From Candidatus Zipacnadia bacterium (GTDB lineage: Bacteria; Armatimonadota; Zipacnadia; Zipacnadales; Zipacnadaceae): a stretch of 64,000 nucleotides of DNA. Both the position numbers and the translations under genes were made by a program. The notes beneath the pieces were generated by a model that saw only the letters and a program-made list of their open reading frames with translations, was not told where the DNA came from and searched no databases. Shown in pieces: positions 21,620 to 30,827 of this stretch. Positions within the stretch are counted from its first letter, which is position 1. Every line of letters begins with the position of its first letter. Where the stretch lies: NCBI GenBank assembly GCA_029820565.1, contig JALGUR010000003.1:3304-67303 (forward strand), read 5' to 3'.

Positions 21620-22312
21620 TGCCCCTATCCCCCCACTCCACTATCCTTTCGCCATCTGTCCCTCGCCCACCTCCTACCCACACCTCACCACCCCCCCCTC
21701 CTACTATAACCCAAATCCCATAATAAAGCAACCCCTCTCCCTCATAATATCCTCGTCCAGTCTCGCACCACCACCACTAACCCAGGCAATTCATCACTCA
21801 ATCTTGCGAAAAGCCCACTTAAACCCGCTTCTCCCTACCTTTCCGCCTTCGCGCACACCTACACCCCACAAGTCCGCCAAGAACCTCCAAAGTAGAACAA
21901 TCCAGCAAACAACGTCTCGTGATTCCTGGTAGGCCGCTGATAATTGTCGCTAATCGCTTCTGACGACCAGTTTTGAGTCTACCCCCTATCCTCCTTGTTT
22001 GCCTTATCACTAATTCTGCTTAAACCTTTTTACCCCTGGCTCTCAATCTTCACCCCCCATCACCGCCCGCCACCCAAGGCCACCACCCAATTTCCACACG
22101 CGACCGCTCATCTTCCCTCCTGACAAATGTGCCCTATCCTATTTCAATTTTCCCTGTGCACAACCCTACCACCTCCGTCAGTCTACACTCTGCCCATACA
22201 CCTCCCACAGCGTACCCGTCTCGCCATCCTGGTTACGATAGAGTTGAAGGAGGATTCTTTTCCCCCACGACTAATAGAGACACCACTGCTGTCCCTAAAG
22301 GATATCGTCCCT

Positions 22313-23689
22313 ATGTTCCCTGGCTATCCGATCAACAATATGGCCCAGGCCCGCGATTACCTGCGCTCATTTGTAGACTTCGAGCGCCGTGGGCTCCGCC
22401 GGCACTTTGCTAACGTCGTCACCCTGGACACGATCCGATCTCTGCTCGATTCATTAGGCAATCCCCAAGCGCATCTTTGTTGCGTTCACATTGCCGGAAC
22501 CAAGGGCAAGGGCTCAGTCGCGGCAGCCTTGGAGGCTGCCTTGCGGCGCGCTCGCTACCGCACCGGGCTGTATACCTCACCCCATCTGGTCACTCCGACG
22601 GAGCGTATCCGAGTCGCAGGTGCGAAGATATCAGATGAGCACTTTGTTGAGGTGGTTCGCGCGGTGCAGCCGGCCGTGGAGCAGGTGCGGAAGCGTTCAG
22701 AACTTCCCGCAGTCACTTTCTTCGAGATATACACGGCCATGGCGCTACTATCATTTCGGCGGGCAGGCGTCGACGTGGCCGTGATAGAAGCGGGCCTCGG
22801 CGGGCGTCTGGATGCCACCAACCTTGTCATCCCTGATGTCAGTATTATTACAGTCATTAGTTATGACCATACAGAGATTTTGGGCACGACTGTCGCCCAA
22901 ATTGCTGCCGAGAAGGCCGGAATCATCAAGCCGCACACTCCCGTAGTGCTTGCCCCTCAGGTGCCTGAAGCCCGGCGCGTGCTATTGGCCGAGGCGAAGC
23001 AGAGACAGGCGCCGGTCATTGTGCCTCCATCGGTGCACGAATACGGCCAAGTTACCCCGCTAACGGTCCCAGCGTCGGACGAAGCACTGGCTCGGCCGAC
23101 TCAGAAGTTTGCTTTATCAGTGGAGAAAGGCGACCTGTGGGTAACGACGCCGCTGATAGGCGAGCACCAGGCGGGTAATGCGGCGCTGGCGTACGCTGCC
23201 CTGGGGGTATTGCGCGAGACTGGGTTTGACATAGAGGATCGGGACTTTGTGGTCGCCATGCGCGAATTGAACTGGCCGGGGCGAATCCAGTTGGTGGCGG
23301 CGCGGCCCTGGATCGTGGTAGACTGTGCGCATAACCCGGCCTCCGCGGCGGCCTTGGCTGCCACCTTGCCTCGCCACTTCTGCTATGATAGGCTGATTAT
23401 GGTGGTGGGCATCTCGGCCGATAAAGACGTTGGTGGCATTATCCAGGCGTTGGCGGAAGTGGCCGACGAGTTCATAGTTACGCAGGCGAATATTCCGCGC
23501 GGCATGCCTGTCACTGAACTATTACAAGTGGTGCGCAGTCAATGGAAGGGACCGACAGACGCCAGACACACTGTGGCCGAAGCGCTGAGCACAGCCCGCC
23601 AAGTAGCAGGGCCCGCAGATGCTATTTGTGTGACTGGTTCATTTTTCGTCGCCGGCGAGGCTATGGTTGAACTGGGAATAGAGCCCTAA
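22313..23689 (+). CDS. folC: Bifunctional folylpolyglutamate synthase / dihydrofolate synthase
   Basis: Mur-ligase P-loop HIAGTKGKGS, LYTSPHL, EAGLGGRLDATN and DCAHNP. The ORF track starts at 22127, but the conserved region begins near NMAQARDYL, so the start is taken as the ATG at 22313 (or 22340). Confidence 0.85.
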   Translation: MFPGYPINNMAQARDYLRSFVDFERRGLRRHFANVVTLDTIRSLLDSLGNPQAHLCCVHIAGTKGKGSVAAALEAALRRARYRTGLYTSPHLVTPTERIRVAGAKISDEHFVEVVRAVQPAVEQVRKRSELPAVTFFEIYTAMALLSFRRAGVDVAVIEAGLGGRLDATNLVIPDVSIITVISYDHTEILGTTVAQIAAEKAGIIKPHTPVVLAPQVPEARRVLLAEAKQRQAPVIVPPSVHEYGQVTPLTVPASDEALARPTQKFALSVEKGDLWVTTPLIGEHQAGNAALAYAALGVLRETGFDIEDRDFVVAMRELNWPGRIQLVAARPWIVVDCAHNPASAAALAATLPRHFCYDRLIMVVGISADKDVGGIIQALAEVADEFIVTQANIPRGMPVTELLQVVRSQWKGPTDARHTVAEALSTARQVAGPADAICVTGSFFVAGEAMVELGIEP

Positions 23690-23804
23690 GCGGGGGGATT
23701 TTCGCTTTTATGGTGCGGTGGCGGGCAGGACAATAGCGTTATATGGCGAAAATGAAAATATCACACTATGCCCGGCTGACAGCCGGGAGGAGGGGTACTG
23801 ACCG

Positions 23805-25505
23805 ATGGTTTCAAGAGTGCGAGTATTGCTGATGCTGGGCTTGTTTATGGTGGCGGGTGCCGCTAATAGCCAGGAGGCTACTAACCAGGAAAAGCCTTCG
23901 CCCGAACAGATCTACCAGCAGGTGGACATTCTATGGATAGTGCGTCGGGGGCAGCTTGATAGTGAGCAAGTCACCCAGATTATTCCCTTAGTGGAGAGTG
24001 TCAGTGCAGCCCGCCACAAACTCTTAACTGAGGCTGATGATTTGTGGCAGGAGCATCAGGACACAATTGAACAGGTACTGCAGCGATGGATTGGCGGCGG
24101 GCCAGGTCCAGTGGCGGGCCTCTCGTCGGTCCAACCGGTGGTAGCACATTTCCGTCGCCAGGAGGCTGACGTTCAGACGTCAATAGTGCGGGCCATTGAA
24201 CAGATTTTGGCCCTGTTGTCTGCTGACCAGGCGAGGCTGGTAGAGACCCGCCAGGAACATCAGCAACGCCAACAGTTACGCGCTGAACTGGGGCAGGTGG
24301 ACAACTTACCTGAGTACGTTGTGCAGCAATTGGCCGCTCAGCGCGAACTTATGCCCGACGAATACGAACTGGTGCGGGCGATAGAGGCGCGGCGGTTGGC
24401 CGCTGTTCTAATTGACCCTCGCGCGCCCGCCTACGACCGGGCGGCGGGGGCAGTTCTGCGGCTCACCGATACTGTCTACAACTGGCCACAGCAGCAGTAT
24501 AATGCGCAGTATCCGGCCTTGGCTGAGCAAGTGGCCCGGTTTCTTAATCTGCCAACTCCCACTGAAGCCCCACCTATATCGTATGACGAATTGGTCAGTT
24601 TTGTTAGTAGCGGCTACGCCGCAGATTTATTACGGCAAATGTCGGCCGAGGCGCAGACCGGTGTGGAGCGTGTAGAGTCTCCGGCGCGCGGCCTGGCCGA
24701 CCACCCGCTGTCGGTAGCAGTTGCCAAGTCAGACCTGCTATCTGTCCTCAACGACCTGCAATTAGTACCGCAGCAGATACAGGCCTTGTTGCCTTTGGCC
24801 AACCGTGCGGGCCAGGCCACTGCAAAGAGTGAGCAGTTGATGGCGGCAAAGTATGCTGAACTGGAGGCCACGTTCCAGCAGGCCTATCAGACGCTAATAG
24901 TAAGTAGCGAGGTGCCCCCTGAAGTGGAGAGTGGCCTGGCTGACGTGCGAGAGACTCGGAAAGAGGCGCGCCACCAGCAGCGGGTGGAAATTGCCGCCAT
25001 CTTGCGCCAGGTGCAAACCATTCTGGCGCCCCAGCAAAATGCCCTCATTGACTGGCTGCCGCCGGCTGAGGTCATCCAGGCCGATCCGCAGGAGAAGATT
25101 GCCCGGCAGCGCCGGATCGCCGCCGAGATGGCTCGGGCGGTTGGATTTCTGGAGCGGTTGCGCTATCGGGACCCGCTCGCCTATATTCAGACGCGCATCG
25201 GCGACGTCGAGGAGTACTTGAGTAATTACGTGGCGCGGCAATCGCCGCAGTTCCCTGAGTTGCGCAGTTTCATCATTGACTTGTTAGATAGGATGAAGAT
25301 GGTGGAGGAGCCGGATTGGCGAGGGGCCGCACCCCAGTTGGCGGCTCAACTTCTGGACGGACTCGGTGTCCTGGCGGACATAAGCGGACGCGGAGCAACG
25401 GGCAGACCGCTGAGTTGGGAGGATCTGTACCAGGTCTTCACCAGTCCATATACCCCAGAACTATTGCAGAAGATGCTGAAGGCTCGCAGCCAGCAGACTT
25501 ATTGA
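23805..25505 (+). CDS. Hypothetical secreted Gln/Leu/Ala-rich helical protein
   Basis: 566-aa ORF with the strong RBS GAGGAGG and a signal peptide (MVSRVRVLLMLGLFMVAGAANSQ). No recognisable domain. Confidence 0.5.
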   Translation: MVSRVRVLLMLGLFMVAGAANSQEATNQEKPSPEQIYQQVDILWIVRRGQLDSEQVTQIIPLVESVSAARHKLLTEADDLWQEHQDTIEQVLQRWIGGGPGPVAGLSSVQPVVAHFRRQEADVQTSIVRAIEQILALLSADQARLVETRQEHQQRQQLRAELGQVDNLPEYVVQQLAAQRELMPDEYELVRAIEARRLAAVLIDPRAPAYDRAAGAVLRLTDTVYNWPQQQYNAQYPALAEQVARFLNLPTPTEAPPISYDELVSFVSSGYAADLLRQMSAEAQTGVERVESPARGLADHPLSVAVAKSDLLSVLNDLQLVPQQIQALLPLANRAGQATAKSEQLMAAKYAELEATFQQAYQTLIVSSEVPPEVESGLADVRETRKEARHQQRVEIAAILRQVQTILAPQQNALIDWLPPAEVIQADPQEKIARQRRIAAEMARAVGFLERLRYRDPLAYIQTRIGDVEEYLSNYVARQSPQFPELRSFIIDLLDRMKMVEEPDWRGAAPQLAAQLLDGLGVLADISGRGATGRPLSWEDLYQVFTSPYTPELLQKMLKARSQQTY

Positions 25506-25559
25506 TCTCCCCACCGAAATGTTCAGATCGTGGAAGCAATGTGACCAAAGGAGGAGGGA

Positions 25560-26150
25560 TTGCTGTTGAGCGAATCCAGCCGCCAACAACTGCGCGGCCG
25601 CCTGGCCGAACTTATTAAAGAGCGGGCTTTGCGCTTCGGCGAGTTCAGCCTGGCCTCGGGCCAGAAGAGTACCTACTACATTGATGGCAAGCAGATTTCG
25701 CTCAGTGGCGAAGGTCTGCATCTGCTGGCTACGCTAATACTGGGCGAGTTGCCGCCCGAAGTGGCGGCGGTAGGGGGGATGAGCATTGGCGCTGATCCCA
25801 TCGCCGGAGCAGTGGTAGCTCTGGCGGCAGGTGAGGGGCGGGCGCTGGATGCCTTTATCGTCCGCAAGGAGCGCAAAGGGCGGGGCACCCAGCAGCAGGT
25901 GGAGGGGCCGCTGGCGGAGGGAGCGGCGGTGGTAGTGATAGAAGATGTCATCACTACCGGCGGCTCTACCCTGCGGGCTATTGAGGCGGTGGAGCGCGAA
26001 TGGGGTGCGAAGATAGTGAAGGTCATTGCGATGGTAGACCGCCTCCAGGGTGGGCGCGAGAATCTGGCCGCCGCCGGCTACGAATTAACCGCCCTCTTTG
26101 ACATTACCGAGTTAGGCGTCAAGCCGGAGTCGCGTCCGAATTGTCAATAG
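25560..26150 (+). CDS. pyrE: Orotate phosphoribosyltransferase
   Basis: 196-aa ORF with a TTG start after AGGAGGAGGG. It has LRFGEFSLASGQKSTYYIDGK and the PRPP loop VVVIEDVITTGGS. Confidence 0.9.
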   Translation: MLLSESSRQQLRGRLAELIKERALRFGEFSLASGQKSTYYIDGKQISLSGEGLHLLATLILGELPPEVAAVGGMSIGADPIAGAVVALAAGEGRALDAFIVRKERKGRGTQQQVEGPLAEGAAVVVIEDVITTGGSTLRAIEAVEREWGAKIVKVIAMVDRLQGGRENLAAAGYELTALFDITELGVKPESRPNCQ

Positions 26151-26177
26151 ACTCCTCCCAATTTGTGAGGGCCACTA

Positions 26178-27167
26178 ATGACCGCACCGCCTACTTCGCC
26201 CCCCAGTGTTCCCCAACTGTTGCTGGTCAGCGCCTCCGGGCAGTTGGCTCCAGCACTGGTTGAGGCGCTGGAGGATAACTTCGCGGTCAGCCGGATGGGC
26301 AGTGGCCAGCAAGCATTAACTTGGCTCGGCGGGAGCGCGGCGGAGGTTATCATCGCCACCGACCGGGTTTCCGATATGTCAGGCACGGAGTTTTGCCATA
26401 GGCTTGAACAACTACCCGCGGCGCGACCGGCCGCCTGTATAGTGCTCACTGACGATAGCAGCGGCGACCTGATGGCACGTATGTTGGAGGCCGGCGCCGA
26501 CGATTGTCTGCCCCTTGCCATCCATCCCCAGCAGTTAGTAGCCCGGATTAAGGCGCTGGTGCGCTGCTGCCAGCGGCAGCGGGAATTGAATCCGCTCACC
26601 GGCTTGCCGGGCAACGCTTATTTGCAGCGGGAGATTACCCGCCGGCTGCCGGATCGAGGGCATCTGGCTGTCATTGGCTTTGACTTGGACAGCTTCAAGG
26701 CTTATAATGATGTCTATGGCTATTACCGTGGCGATAAGGTCATCTGCCTGGTGGCCCAAATATTGCAGGATAGTGTCAGAAGTCACGGAAGAGCTGACGA
26801 CTGCCTGGCACACATTGGCGGCGATGACTTCTTTGTGCTCACTGCCCCGGAAAGAATGCGCGATCTCGCCCAGGCGGCGATGCGCGAGTTTCAGCAGGCC
26901 ATACCTGAGTTCTATGACGAGACTGACCGGCGGCGCGGCGGCATTACCGGATTCACGCGCCAGGGCCAGGAAGTCTTCTTTCCCATTATGCGGCTCATAG
27001 CCACCGCCGCTACCAATAAGGCCGCCGATATCCAGCACATCGGCCAGATCGCCGCTATTTTGAGTCAGTTAAAGGAATATGCCAAGCAGACAGAGAATAG
27101 GGGCTTAGTTGTGGACCGGCGCCAAACTCATGGTACCCGTCAGGCCGGGCAGCAACAGCCCAACTGA
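26178..27167 (+). CDS. Degenerate receiver domain fused to a GGDEF-family (GGDDF variant) nucleotide cyclase domain
   Basis: 329-aa ORF. The REC-like N-terminus lacks the acidic pair (LLVSASG) and the conserved Lys-Pro. The C-terminal domain has LTGLPGN, FDLDSFKAYNDVYGYYRGD and HIGGDDFFVL. Confidence 0.75.
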   Translation: MTAPPTSPPSVPQLLLVSASGQLAPALVEALEDNFAVSRMGSGQQALTWLGGSAAEVIIATDRVSDMSGTEFCHRLEQLPAARPAACIVLTDDSSGDLMARMLEAGADDCLPLAIHPQQLVARIKALVRCCQRQRELNPLTGLPGNAYLQREITRRLPDRGHLAVIGFDLDSFKAYNDVYGYYRGDKVICLVAQILQDSVRSHGRADDCLAHIGGDDFFVLTAPERMRDLAQAAMREFQQAIPEFYDETDRRRGGITGFTRQGQEVFFPIMRLIATAATNKAADIQHIGQIAAILSQLKEYAKQTENRGLVVDRRQTHGTRQAGQQQPN

Positions 27168-27211
27168 TAACTGCAAGCCGGCAACCAGGAAGTTCGCGGG
27201 AGGCAATTACT

Positions 27212-27595
27212 ATGGCTAAGCACATCTTGCTGGTAGACGACAGCCGCGATTTCATCGTAGCCACCAGGGCCTTTCTGGAAGAAGAAGGCTATGAAGTTAC
27301 CGAGGCCCATGACGGAGTCCAAGGCTTGGAGCGGGTCAAAGAACGCCAACCCGACTTGATCATTTTGGATGTAATGATGCCGCGACTGAACGGCTGGGAA
27401 ACCCTGAGAGCCTTGCAGAACGAAGAAGATACCGCCCGCATCCCCGTGTTAATGCTCACCGCCCTGAAAGAGCCTGAAGATGTCAAAGAAGGCTTTGACC
27501 TGGGCTGCACCTGGTTCTATACCAAACCCATCACCGACTACGAAGACCTCCTCTTGGTCGTGCGCCGTATCCTGGACACGACCGCAGGGGGGTGA
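27212..27595 (+). CDS. Single-domain CheY-like response regulator
   Basis: 127-aa ORF with ILLVDDS, the phospho-acceptor region LIILDVMMP, VLMLTA and KP. It is a paralog (about 65% aa identity by eye) of the ORF at 62223-62681. Confidence 0.85.
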   Translation: MAKHILLVDDSRDFIVATRAFLEEEGYEVTEAHDGVQGLERVKERQPDLIILDVMMPRLNGWETLRALQNEEDTARIPVLMLTALKEPEDVKEGFDLGCTWFYTKPITDYEDLLLVVRRILDTTAGG

Positions 27596-27928
27596 AAGGG
27601 CATGGCCCGTTACCGAGACGCGTGGCCCTGCTCGGCGGGCGGAGTCGTTAATCATGGCTCAGGTCCGCGCGGCGAGCTCAAGGTGCTACACACTCAGGCC
27701 GAAGATACGTGTAGTGGTCGTTAGATCAGTATCTAGCCAGAAGGATTTCGGCTAAGGGCGAACCGAACTGTCGGATGGTCAGTGCAGTCTAATCATGTGA
27801 GAAAACCTTTGTGCCATGACGCGCTTTGGGGCCGGAAAAGGGAGAATGATGTACAGAGAGCACTCAAAGCGCTCAACTGGGATCGCCACACAAAGGTCAT
27901 ATTGTTATACTAATTATACTATACCCCC

Positions 27929-27957
27929 TTGACTTTTCTGATAGTTATTGATATAAT
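27929..27957 (+). promoter_or_regulatory. Consensus sigma70-type promoter
   Basis: TTGACT (27929-27934), exactly 17 nt of spacer, then TATAAT (27952-27957). It lies in a stretch of about 39% GC (27841-27960) and about 200 nt upstream of the next good RBS/ATG at 28162. Confidence 0.55.
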
Positions 27958-28161
27958 GCGGCCCAGACGGCGAGAAAAACCTGAACGCCAGTGGTCGTAG
28001 TCGTTTAGACTCGCAGTTCCCGTAGCAGTTGAGGTCGAAGGATATGCCACCCACGACAGGTAGGCGTCACTCTCCATCTCGTCCTGTACTTCAGAAGCGC
28101 GTTTCCGGGATCAGCTACGCCCGTGACTAGACATCTATCTCGAAAAGGAGGCCAACCTGAC

Positions 28162-28371
28162 ATGCCATCACCACGCGTGAAGCGTTCCGAGGACTCAGAA
28201 GGAATCGGCGCGACCATCAGGATCGACCGCAGTGAGTTGCTCGAATCTCCGCGGGAGCGCGAGGCCTGTACCAAAGCGTATAAACGCTTGATGGCCGCCA
28301 AGACCAGAAACCACAAGGCGGTTCACGACCTATTTCACAGTCAGGGCACACGTGAACTAGAGGTGGTCTAG
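28162..28371 (+). CDS. Small hypothetical protein (69 aa)
   Basis: ATG at 28162 lies 7 nt after AAGGAGG. The product is MPSPRVKRSEDSEGIGATIRIDRSELLESPREREACTKAYKRLMAAK.... The ORF-track start at 28123 lacks an RBS. No family recognised; a ribbon-helix-helix-like start is only a guess. Confidence 0.4.
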   Translation: MPSPRVKRSEDSEGIGATIRIDRSELLESPREREACTKAYKRLMAAKTRNHKAVHDLFHSQGTRELEVV

Positions 28372-28528
28372 GGGTTGTGTGACCAAAGGGAGCGGTGCCG
28401 ATGTAACGTGGCACGTCCAATGCTAGTAGGCCATTGACGGGAACGAGGGAGGAGTCTGACACATGAACGCTCCTTCCTCTTTCTACGAGTGCCAGGAGCA
28501 ATCAACTGCGACAGAGTAGGTGTAGACC

Positions 28529-30418
28529 ATGGGAGCAGGTACATTTACCTTCGATGAACAGCATATCTTCGAAGGCAAAGCGGTGTACACAAAGCTTGAG
28601 GAATTGGATGGGCAAAGAAGGCTGGACTTCCATTGGAAGTGTGAGAACTGCGGCCAGGTGTTCTTCTCTAGTGAGTTCGCGCCGGAGGCGGACTGCCCTG
28701 AATGCAACAGTGCCGACTCCCTAGTGCAGTCGGACGTGTACGTCCGGCCGGGAGTTCTGATGAGCATTGGGCATTATCTTCGGGGGTGGGACAATGTGAC
28801 TATGCTCGTTGAGGATGACGTGGTTGACGAGGAGTATTTCCGGGAGTTTCTTTATTTCTACTCCGCCACCTATTGGGAGTACCCGGTGAGGACACACCGT
28901 TTGCACTTCTTTTCGAAGCCGTGGAGCGAGATAGAAAAAATGTTTCGCCCGGAGGACTACCCCCCTAACAAGATAGACGACCATCTCTACCTCGGGTATG
29001 TCATGCTTCGTCCTACGGTGCCGCAGACGGTGGGCGAAACGCTACTGGCTCATCCACAAGAGACCGATAAGGAAACGTGTCACGTCACGTGTAGTACCGG
29101 GTTTGGACAGACAGTCGCTGGCCATAGGCTCCGGATCGACTGTGCTCCCATGATCGGCCAGGATCAGACCGGTGTATGCGCGCACAGTACACTGTGGGGA
29201 GCTCTAAAGTACTTACACAAGTACAGGTATTACCCCAAAATGTCGATGCCAGAACTTGCTATAAGAGCCGGAGAACTGGATCCAACCACCAAATTCAGAA
29301 GGCCAACAGGGGGTCTGCTGCCCGAGGTGATATATGCATTGCTCCAAGACTTGGGGTTTAACGTGCACTACGAGGCCGGCCGAGGAGACGAAGAGGGGAG
29401 GTTCCCAATTCTTCGGACCATTTACTCGGGCGTCGAGAGTGGGCTGCCGGTCCTGCTGCATCTAGATTGCGGGCCAGGGGGTGTTAGTCCACCGCACGCT
29501 GCATGGATAGTTGGGCATACCCTTGGGCATTGGGCAGACGAAGGATCAGAAAGAGAAACATACAAGGGACACTTCGTGACATTGCGAAACCCAGTTCACC
29601 GGTGGTTAGTGAATGACGACAACGTGGGCCCGTACATGCCCGCGACAATTGAGCGTGTGACAGCAAAGGATCCCAAGGCGGACCCACAAGTGTTTCTTAA
29701 CTTGCGCTATGACGGATATCGACCCAAGGCGAATACGGATCCGTTGTGTTCCCCCAGACGCATCCGTCAAATTGTGGGCGCTTTTGTTCCCCTCCCTGAG
29801 GAAGTCTTCATTGGTCCATCGGAAGTGGAGGCGATGACCAAGGGCGTCTTCACAGATGATTACCTGCTCGGTCTCATGGATTATATCCCTGATGACGTAC
29901 AGCAGAAGTCGTCGCTTGTTAAGCGGTTACAGAATTTCGCTCACAAGATAGAAAACGATAACACAGAACTGCGGTACCGCACCTATCTGGTCATGTCCGA
30001 TAGGTATCGCGAGTATGTGGCGCGCAGCGGGATGCACACTGCTTTGAAGAAGCTGTACACGGCCTCTTTTGCCTTCCCTGAGTACATTTGGGTCTCGGAG
30101 ATCATCGACGCAAAGTACTCAACTGTCAGTGAGAGTGGCGAAGCTTCGGTCATAGGTGAAGTGGTGCTTGACTCAACTGACTCTCTGGCCTTCACCGCAG
30201 GTGGCGGAATTCGTTGGTTGGCACTGCACATCCCAGGCCTTTTGTTGTATGCCCACGGGATCGCGATACCGGTGGACCTGAGCCCCCACGAAAAGCGTAA
30301 GCGTGCATTCCATGCGTTGTTGTTGCCCGAAGATGAAGAACCCTATGGATGCTTCACGAGCAAGAGAGAGCCGCCGGATCCGCCACGCTCCTATCGAAAG
30401 CTAGGTCCAATGTGGTGA
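28529..30418 (+). CDS. Zinc-ribbon plus papain-fold cysteine peptidase domain protein with an unassigned roughly 250-aa C-terminal domain
   Basis: 629-aa ORF. It has a CxxC-x14-CxxC ribbon (CENCG...CPECN, nt 28640-28705). It also has Q211-x5-C217 (QDQTGVCAHSTLWG), H323 in PHAAWIVGH, and N362/D363 in RWLVNDDNVG. These match the papain Q-C...HAxxxVG...WxVxN order. Spot GC counts are about 47%, against about 63% in the flanks. Confidence 0.6.
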   Translation: MGAGTFTFDEQHIFEGKAVYTKLEELDGQRRLDFHWKCENCGQVFFSSEFAPEADCPECNSADSLVQSDVYVRPGVLMSIGHYLRGWDNVTMLVEDDVVDEEYFREFLYFYSATYWEYPVRTHRLHFFSKPWSEIEKMFRPEDYPPNKIDDHLYLGYVMLRPTVPQTVGETLLAHPQETDKETCHVTCSTGFGQTVAGHRLRIDCAPMIGQDQTGVCAHSTLWGALKYLHKYRYYPKMSMPELAIRAGELDPTTKFRRPTGGLLPEVIYALLQDLGFNVHYEAGRGDEEGRFPILRTIYSGVESGLPVLLHLDCGPGGVSPPHAAWIVGHTLGHWADEGSERETYKGHFVTLRNPVHRWLVNDDNVGPYMPATIERVTAKDPKADPQVFLNLRYDGYRPKANTDPLCSPRRIRQIVGAFVPLPEEVFIGPSEVEAMTKGVFTDDYLLGLMDYIPDDVQQKSSLVKRLQNFAHKIENDNTELRYRTYLVMSDRYREYVARSGMHTALKKLYTASFAFPEYIWVSEIIDAKYSTVSESGEASVIGEVVLDSTDSLAFTAGGGIRWLALHIPGLLLYAHGIAIPVDLSPHEKRKRAFHALLLPEDEEPYGCFTSKREPPDPPRSYRKLGPMW

Positions 30419-30524
30419 TAGCCTTGAATTCCCCCAGGTACTTGGGTCACAGGCAGCTTGGGGTGCATTGCACCGGGGCGCCACTCTGCACCAGTTTTAG
30501 TCCTCAGCAGCGCCATGTCCCCTG

Positions 30525-30827
30525 TTATCCGTACTTATACGCCACTCCGAAGCCGCCACGGGGGTAGGACCAGTCAATGTTGTCGTAGGGGCACACTATC
30601 TGGCAAGCGCCGCACTCCAGGCAGTTCTCGTAGGCTACTTCCAGTATCTCTTCGTCTTCCACCCAGCGGTAGACCTCGGCCGGACAGCGGTCAATGCACG
30701 GCTTCTCCTCACACCGCCGGCAGGTTTCCTCGTCTTTGATAATTAGGTGGCAGTTCTCTTCATCAATCTCGTACTTGACCAGGTACAGTTTGTCGGCCAG
30801 GCCCTGGTTGGCATCTTCTGCTATCAT
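30525..30827 (-). CDS. fixX: Ferredoxin-like protein FixX
   Basis: 100-aa ORF with CxxCxxxxCxxxCP (CRRCEEKPCIDRCP) and CLECGACQIVCP. It overlaps fixC by 4 nt. Confidence 0.85.
   Translation of the reverse strand: MIAEDANQGLADKLYLVKYEIDEENCHLIIKDEETCRRCEEKPCIDRCPAEVYRWVEDEEILEVAYENCLECGACQIVCPYDNIDWSYPRGGFGVAYKYG

Noticed and set aside
27596-27790. Possible SRP, 6S, tmRNA or RNase P RNA in the non-coding stretch after the response-regulator gene (contains CAGGTCCG)
   Set aside because: The stretch lacks the SRP domain IV GGAA/AGCA motifs, the tmRNA termini and the RNase P GAGGAAAGUCC. I cannot support any RNA-family call by eye.
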